Source of the DNA: Eledone cirrhosa
Lineage: Eukaryota
Length of the DNA stretch: 64,000 nt
Direction: 5' to 3'
Assembly: GCA_964016885.1 (NCBI GenBank)
Contig: OZ024761.1
Coordinates: 13,516,001 to 13,580,000 of the forward strand
The notes beneath the pieces are model-generated. The model did no database searches. It was not told the DNA's origin and saw only the letters and a program-made list of their open reading frames with translations. Positions 50,015 through 64,000 of the stretch are shown here, one piece after another. Position numbers and translations under genes: made by a program. Numbering within the stretch: position 1 is the first letter of the stretch; each line of letters opens with the position of its first letter.

Positions 50015-50523
50015 AAAAGAAAGGAAAAAAAAAAAGAAAAAAAAAAACTCAAAATAACAAAACACACACACACACACACACAACGGAACAACAACATCAA
50101 CTGCCACCACCACCACCACCGCCACCGCCGTCGCCATCACCATCACCAGCGACCTGGCCTTAAGAACAACTTTAATAATAATTTTTCTGCGTTTGGCACG
50201 GATCCAGCGACTGGCCAGCGCATCACTGGTACTCTCTTTTGTTGACTCCGTGGAGAGCCATAACTCTATGCTGTAAAGCAATTATAGTAATACTGGACTG
50301 TAATACGATCGGCTTCAACTATACAAACTCTTGAAAGTCAACAGTTGACATAATCTGGTAATCTTGTATCAGTAATGACGGTAATATATATATATATATG
50401 TGTGTGTGTGCGTGTAAGTGAGTAGAGTAGCGTGTGTGTGTGTTTGTTGTGTGTGTGAGTGTTGCTGTGTGCACGCATATGTATGCGTGTGTGTGTATGT
50501 CGTACGTATAAGTGTCAATAAGT

Positions 50524-50565
<42 letters not shown>

Positions 50566-50866
50566 GCGGGGACATAGAAATAATCGGGCTGGATGCCCGA
50601 TCGCGCAGTTAAACCACTGGGAGTGAAGAACCCCTAGCCCATGTCAGGGTATTCTTCTAGGAGAAGGCATCTCAGGAAACTGGGTTAACTCCGATATAAA
50701 ACCTGCGGCTCAGTAGTTACCGATGATGTTGATCTTTTCTTCTTTTCGGGTTATAGCTACTGTCGCTCAGAGAGTGGGATTGGTTCAGTGCACAGTCTTT
50801 CCTCACTTTAAAAATATTCGTCACGCACAGGCATTGCACGAGTGCATTAATAATTATTAATAGTGT

Positions 50867-50901
<35 letters not shown>

Positions 50902-50906
50902 TATTA

Positions 50907-50948
<42 letters not shown>

Positions 50949-53900
50949 CCCCAATTCAATAATGTTCCAGAACAATGTAAACGAGATAATTGGCAATTTG
51001 GGTTCTGGAACAAAAAAGATCATTGGCAATAAGGGCAGGGGCCCCAAGTTATCACAACCTGGGCCCGCCCGTCATCGTGCCATTGTAATAGAGCCAAACA
51101 GGGCATTTAGTCTTGGCTGCTGGAACGTACGGACGCTGCTTGACAGGGATTCTTTGGAGCGTCCTGAACGAAGGACCGCTCTTGTTGCGAAGGAGCTTCG
51201 ACGTTACGATCTTGACATCGTGGCTTTGTCTGAGACGAGGTTAGCTGGAGATGGTCATCTTACGGAATTTTGTGGAGAATATACATTCTTCTGGAAAGGA
51301 AGAGATGAAGGAACCAGAAGAGAGGCTGGGGTAGGATTTGCTGTTAAGACTGTACTGGTGAATAAATTGGAAGAATTCCCAGTGGGGATTAGTGAGCGTC
51401 TTATGTCCATGAGAGTTCCGCTGGACAAGGGAAGATATGCTACCCTGGTGAGTGTGTATGCTCCAACTATGAATTCTGTCGATGAAGAAAAACTGTCCTT
51501 TTACCATGCCTTGAAAGGTGTTTTAAGAAATATCCCTCAGGCAGACAAAGTCATCGTGCTTGGTGACTTTAATGCTAGAGTGGGTAGGGATTTTAACACA
51601 TGGAATGTAATCGGAAGGCATGGGGTGGGAAAGTGTAACAGCAATGGTATGCTCTTGCTGCAGATGTGTGAGGAGCTGGATCTGTGTGTTACCAACACCA
51701 TGTTCCAACAAAAGAACAAATTCAAGACCACATGGATGCATCCTGCATCTAAGGAATGGCATCTTTTGGACTACGTCCTAGTCAGGATGCGTGACAGACA
51801 GGATGTGCGGTGTGTTCGTGTTCTTCGTGGAGCTGAGTGCTGGACGGACCACCGCCTGGTACGCGCAAAAGTGAATCTAATCACCAAACGTAAAATCCGG
51901 GCTCCTGGTGTTACCCTGCCCAAAAGATTGAATGCTGCTCGTCTTAAGGATAAAAATGTGAAGAGGACATTGGAAGAAGAGATGCAGGCTGCAGATCTTG
52001 GTGAGGATTGGCCGACCCTTAAAAAGTCGGTTTATGATGTAGGCAGACGTGTTCTGGGATTGGTGCAGAGAAAACATCAGGACTGGTTTAATGAGAAAGA
52101 TGTGCATATAGATGACTTGTTGGCTGATAGGAGGCGCGCTCTGTCACGCTACTTGACGGCAAGACCACAGGAGAGGAATACGTTGCATGAGGAGCTCAGG
52201 GATGTAAAATCACGTGTTAGGCGGAGTCTTTCTCAGATGAAGGATCAGTGGTGGAGTGAGAAGGCTGGTGAGATACAAACTGCGTCTGATTGCAATAACA
52301 CAAAGCTGTTGTACAGTCTCTTGCGTGAGGTTTATGGACCGTCTTCTTCTCTGGTGACACCGATTCGCAGCAAGGATGGCAAAGAACTTCTTCGTGACTC
52401 ACAGGGAATTCTACGAAGGTGGCGGGAGCACTTTGATGATCTTTTGAATCAGCCGTCTGTCGTCAGTGAAGATTTCCTCAATCTCATTCCGGAAAGTCCT
52501 GTGAAAGTAGCTCTCGCAGAGCCTCCGACACTTGTGGAGGTTGCAGTGGCTATTTCGAAGCTGAACAGTGGAAGATCTCCAGGTATGGATGGCATACATG
52601 CTGAGCTCCTACAATATGGTGGTGAGAGACTCCTGCAACATCTTCACTCTCTGTTTGGAAGGATATGGGCTAATGAATCCGTGCCTGAGGACTGGAGAGA
52701 TGCAGTAATGGTGGTCTTGTACAAGGGAAAGGGTAACAGGAATGATTGTGGGAACTACAGAGGTATATCATTGCTTTCTGTCGTGGGGAAAGTTTTATGT
52801 AGGGTGCTTCTGGACCGTCTGCTGACACACATTGCAGATTGTGTCCTTCCTGAAAGTCAATCTGGTTTTCGTGTTGGACGCGGCACTACTGATATGATCT
52901 TCTCAGCTAGACAGCTCCAGGAGAAGTGCATTGAACAGGGCTTGGATCTGTATCAGGTTTTTGTCGATCTGACAAAGGCTTTCGATACTGTCAACAGAGA
53001 TGCATTATGGAAGGTTCTCCAGAAACTTGGTTGCCCTGATAAGTTCCTTGCTTTAGTTAGGTCTTTCCATGACGACATGAAGGCTTGGGTTAATGTCGGA
53101 GGTAACATGTCGGAGCCTATCTCAGTAAAAAATGGAGTGAAACAGGGGGATATTCCAGCACCGACCCTGTTTGCCATATACTTTGCAATGGTTTTCTGTA
53201 TTGCATTCAGGAATTGCGAGCATGGTGTTTACATCCGATATCGAACCTCAGGCAGCATATTTAACATCAGGCGCTTTGCTGCGAAGACAAAAGTATTTAC
53301 ATCAGTCATAAGAGACCTCTTGTATGCAGATGATTGCGATCTTGTAGCGCACACAGAGAGTGATATGCAGCACATTTTGAATGTATTTTCTGACGCTTGC
53401 ACTGCCCTGGGTTTGACTGTCAGTCTCAAGAAAACCGTCGTCATGTACCAACCTGCACCTGGTAGGCAGTACACTGAACCAAACATCTATGTGTATGGCA
53501 AACGACTTGGAGTGGTTGATCAGTTTGTCTACCTGGGAAGCACTGTCAATCGATACGGCAACCTTGACAGTGAAATCTCACTTAGGATTAGGAAAGCAAG
53601 TGATGCTTTCGGAAAGCTAGAAAGGCGACTCTGGGGTCGGCGAGACATATGCAGGAGGACAAAGGTAAAGGTGTACAGGGCATGTGTACTCTCTTGTCTT
53701 CTTTATGCCTGCGAGACCTGGGTCACATATCGACGCCACCTTAAGCAATTGGAGCGTTTCCATCAGATGTGTCTCAGACGGATACATGGCGTTCGCTGGA
53801 GGGACCACATCAGTGATGTCGAGATTTTGGAAAGCTCTATGTGTGACAGTATAGAAGCTCTTGTGCTTAAGCAGCGACTCCGTTGGAGTGGTCACCTTGC

Positions 53901-54512
53901 CAGGATGAAGGATTCTAGAATACCAAAACAACTCTTCTATGGAGAGTTGGTTAAAGGAAAACGACCGCCACATAAACCAAAAAAGAGGTATAAGGATTCC
54001 TTGAAGGCCTCTCTGAAAGACGCTAACATCTCTGCTGATACATGGGAAAATATTGCTGCTGATCGTAATAAATGGAGAAAGACTGTATATGAGGGAAAAG
54101 TTGCCTTTGAGGCATCTCGAATCGCACACGAGAAAGTAAAGCGGGACGTGAGGAAGGGTATTGCTGTTGCACTTCCAGACGGCGAGGGTCCTCCTATGTT
54201 TCTGACATGCAGCGTCTGTGCGAGACTCTGCCTAAGCAAAGCTGGACTCGAAAGTCATCTTCGCAGTCATAAAGTAAGACCAGTGGTTGACTACCAGGCT
54301 GCTGTTGGAGATGCTACTCATCATGCTTGCCAAACATGTGGTAGAGAATGTAAATCAGCAGGAGGACTCAAGCGACATGCAAAAGTACACGAACTCCAAC
54401 CACAGCCGACTATTCCCAGTAAATGTTTTGGTTGCCGACTCTGTGCAAGACATTTTGGATCATTGGCTGGGCTAAAAAGCCACATTCGATCGCAGCACTG
54501 TTAGTTGCTATC

Positions 54513-54552
<40 letters not shown>

Positions 54553-54631
54553 GCTTATGTGCCTGCGTGTGTGTGTATATATATATGAATGTGTATATTA
54601 TTATTGTTGTTGTCGTTATTATTATTATTGC

Positions 54632-54704
<73 letters not shown>

Positions 54705-54710
54705 TTATTT

Positions 54711-54741
<31 letters not shown>

Positions 54742-54779
54742 GTGCAATGGCCATACTCGATAACGAGGGGGCAGCCATC
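50015..54779 (+). mobile_element. Full-length RTE/BovB-like LINE with 9-bp TSD ATATATCTA
   Basis: TSD at 50006-50014 / 54780-54788, supported by the empty-site copy at 55893-55901; RTE 5' motif ctaggagaagg...aactccgatataaaacc. Confidence 0.9.
50962..54504 (+). CDS. RTE/BovB-like ORF: APE + RT + three C2H2 zinc fingers (1180 aa)
   Basis: WNVRTL, LSETR, VYAPT, GDFNARVG, LLDY, TDH; YRGISLL, QSGFR, FVDLTKAFD, GVKQG, YADD, FVYLGS; three CxxC-x12-HxxxH fingers; no stops. Confidence 0.97.
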   Translation: MFQNNVNEIIGNLGSGTKKIIGNKGRGPKLSQPGPARHRAIVIEPNRAFSLGCWNVRTLLDRDSLERPERRTALVAKELRRYDLDIVALSETRLAGDGHLTEFCGEYTFFWKGRDEGTRREAGVGFAVKTVLVNKLEEFPVGISERLMSMRVPLDKGRYATLVSVYAPTMNSVDEEKLSFYHALKGVLRNIPQADKVIVLGDFNARVGRDFNTWNVIGRHGVGKCNSNGMLLLQMCEELDLCVTNTMFQQKNKFKTTWMHPASKEWHLLDYVLVRMRDRQDVRCVRVLRGAECWTDHRLVRAKVNLITKRKIRAPGVTLPKRLNAARLKDKNVKRTLEEEMQAADLGEDWPTLKKSVYDVGRRVLGLVQRKHQDWFNEKDVHIDDLLADRRRALSRYLTARPQERNTLHEELRDVKSRVRRSLSQMKDQWWSEKAGEIQTASDCNNTKLLYSLLREVYGPSSSLVTPIRSKDGKELLRDSQGILRRWREHFDDLLNQPSVVSEDFLNLIPESPVKVALAEPPTLVEVAVAISKLNSGRSPGMDGIHAELLQYGGERLLQHLHSLFGRIWANESVPEDWRDAVMVVLYKGKGNRNDCGNYRGISLLSVVGKVLCRVLLDRLLTHIADCVLPESQSGFRVGRGTTDMIFSARQLQEKCIEQGLDLYQVFVDLTKAFDTVNRDALWKVLQKLGCPDKFLALVRSFHDDMKAWVNVGGNMSEPISVKNGVKQGDIPAPTLFAIYFAMVFCIAFRNCEHGVYIRYRTSGSIFNIRRFAAKTKVFTSVIRDLLYADDCDLVAHTESDMQHILNVFSDACTALGLTVSLKKTVVMYQPAPGRQYTEPNIYVYGKRLGVVDQFVYLGSTVNRYGNLDSEISLRIRKASDAFGKLERRLWGRRDICRRTKVKVYRACVLSCLLYACETWVTYRRHLKQLERFHQMCLRRIHGVRWRDHISDVEILESSMCDSIEALVLKQRLRWSGHLARMKDSRIPKQLFYGELVKGKRPPHKPKKRYKDSLKASLKDANISADTWENIAADRNKWRKTVYEGKVAFEASRIAHEKVKRDVRKGIAVALPDGEGPPMFLTCSVCARLCLSKAGLESHLRSHKVRPVVDYQAAVGDATHHACQTCGRECKSAGGLKRHAKVHELQPQPTIPSKCFGCRLCARHFGSLAGLKSHIRSQHC

Positions 54780-62271
<7,492 letters not shown>

Positions 62272-63166
62272 AGAGTGAATCTAGCTAAGACAAAAGTGTT
62301 GATGAGTAGAAAAGAGGACAAAACCCTGATTCCGTCAGGGAAATGGCCAAGTTCGATATGCAGAAAAGGAACTGGCATAAATTCTATAAAATGCACACAA
62401 TACAGATCCTGGGTACACAAAAGATGTAGCGGGATAGCAGGCAAACTAACAGATAGGGAGAAATATGTATGCAGTAGATGAACAGGGAAATTAGACAGTA
62501 GAAGTCGCATTGATAGACACATTTTTCAAATGCAAGAGGGCGCTATAGAAGTGATGGATAGCTTCCAGTACCTAGGAGATCAGATTAGCATGGGAGGAGG
62601 GTGTTCCGAGGCCATAGTATCTAGAATAAGGACGGGTTGGAAGAAGTTTAGGGAGCTGCTTCCTCTGTTGACGAAGAAGGGTTTCTCCCTGCGTACGAAA
62701 AGCCGGTTGTATGATGCTTGTGTGAGGAGCGCGATGCTGCATGGTAGTGAGACATGAGCAGCAACTGCAGAGGATATGCGACGGCTGGAGAGAAATGAGG
62801 CAAGCATGCTCCGTTGGATGTGCAGTGTAAATGTGCGTGAACGACCAAGCATGGATGTGTTGAGAGAGAAACTGTGTCTGAGAGGGATAGAATGTAGTGT
62901 ACGGGAGAGGAGACTGCGGTGGTATGGACATGTGATGCGCATGGAGGATGACCGATGGGTGAAGAAGTGCCAGGAAATGCCAGTTGAAGGAAGACGTGGT
63001 AGAGGTAGACCACGAAAAACATGGGCGAAGGTGGTGAGAACAGACCTCAGATCATTGAAGCTCACGGTGGAGATGACGAAGGACTGTGAAGAGTGGAGAG
63101 ATGCTGTGCTGAATAAGACCCGTCCCACCCTTGCGGACGTAAAATGATGATGATGATGATGATGAT
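62272..63166 (+). pseudogene. 5'-truncated, mutated copy of RTE family 1
   Basis: Highly similar to 7289-8203 with in-frame stops; (GAT)n tail; (TA)n on both sides. Confidence 0.95.
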
Positions 63167-63178
63167 ATATATACATAC

Positions 63179-63209
<31 letters not shown>

Positions 63210-63404
63210 CATACATATATATATATACATATATACAGACATATATATACATATACATACATATATATATATACAGACATATATATACATATACATACAT
63301 ATATATATATACATACATATATATATACATACATATATATATATATACATATATACATACATATATATATATATACATATATACATATATATATATATAC
63401 ATAC

Positions 63405-63457
<53 letters not shown>

Positions 63458-63484
63458 CATACATACATATATATATACATACAT

Positions 63485-63829
63485 GGAGGCACATGGCTTA
63501 GTGGTTAGAGCATTGGCCTTGCAATCGAAAGGTTGTGAGTTCAATTCTCAGACCGGGTGATGTGTTGTTTCCTTGAGCAAGACACTTTATTTCACATTGC
63601 TCCAGTTTACTCAGCTGTAGAAATGAGATGATAGGGACTGGGGTCCCTATCATTCCACTGCAAAGTGGTCGTGGAGGTGCCACGGAAAAAAAGCACCCAG
63701 CACTCACTGTAAATGAGGTTGGTGTTAGGAAGGGCATCCAGCTGTAGAAATCAGCCAGAATCAGTTCCCGTCCCACCCTTGCAAGCAGGAAAAGCGGACG
63801 TAAAATGAAATGATGATGATGATGATGAT
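63485..63829 (+). mobile_element. Full-length tRNA-derived SINE B with RTE-derived body and tail
   Basis: tggcttagtgg / gagttcaattc boxes, ccttgagcaagacact core, RTE 5' UTR motif, tail matching 8137-8203. Confidence 0.9.
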
Positions 63830-63831
63830 AC

Positions 63832-63862
<31 letters not shown>

Positions 63863-64000
63863 CATATATATATACATACATACATATATATATACATAAC
63901 ATACATATATATATACATACATACATATATATATATACATACATACATATATATATACATACATACATATATATATATACATACATACATATATATATAC

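Noticed and set aside
50379-50580. Shared leader read as an intron (CG|GTAATA ... poly-T ... AG)
   Set aside because: Family 1 has no good acceptor right after the T run, and retrotransposed copies should have lost it; not fully excluded without cDNA.
50564-50730. Possible HDV-like ribozyme in the RTE 5' UTR
   Set aside because: A hairpin (atcgggc/gcccgat) is visible, but I could not build the nested double pseudoknot by eye; needs a structure-based search.

Overview
AT-rich, microsatellite-dense animal genomic DNA, most consistent with an octopus (inferred from the SINE/RTE/Penelope repertoire and (TA)n load; species not determinable here). Nearly all long Y/I-rich ORFs in the track are (TA)n artefacts. 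One host gene can be rebuilt by hand on the minus strand: 14 GT-AG coding exons with concordant phases, 39989 to 14686, 2913 nt = 970 aa. It encodes an uncharacterised type I membrane protein: signal peptide, lamin-tail-domain(LTD)-like repeats, Ser/Thr/Pro mucin stalk, TM helix, and a tail with DxxxLL and FxNPxY motifs. A candidate X-box promoter and non-coding exon lie near 45.2 kb, and a probable first exon of a second gene lies at the left edge. Two intact RTE-clade LINEs of different lineages are present: 5105-8173 (PHD finger inside the RT) and 50962-54504 (three C-terminal C2H2 fingers). Unexpectedly, they share a collinear ~400-bp microsatellite-laced 5' leader with conserved islands, including the palindrome GTCAACAGTTGAC. 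An inverted copy of the empty insertion site shows this leader travelled with the second LINE. Also present: truncated RTE, CR1-group, R4/Dong and CRE fragments; Penelope fragments with at least 7 hammerhead ribozyme motifs; two tRNA-SINE families; TTAA-flanked MITEs that seeded satellites; two long intronic palindromes; and many minisatellites beside exons.
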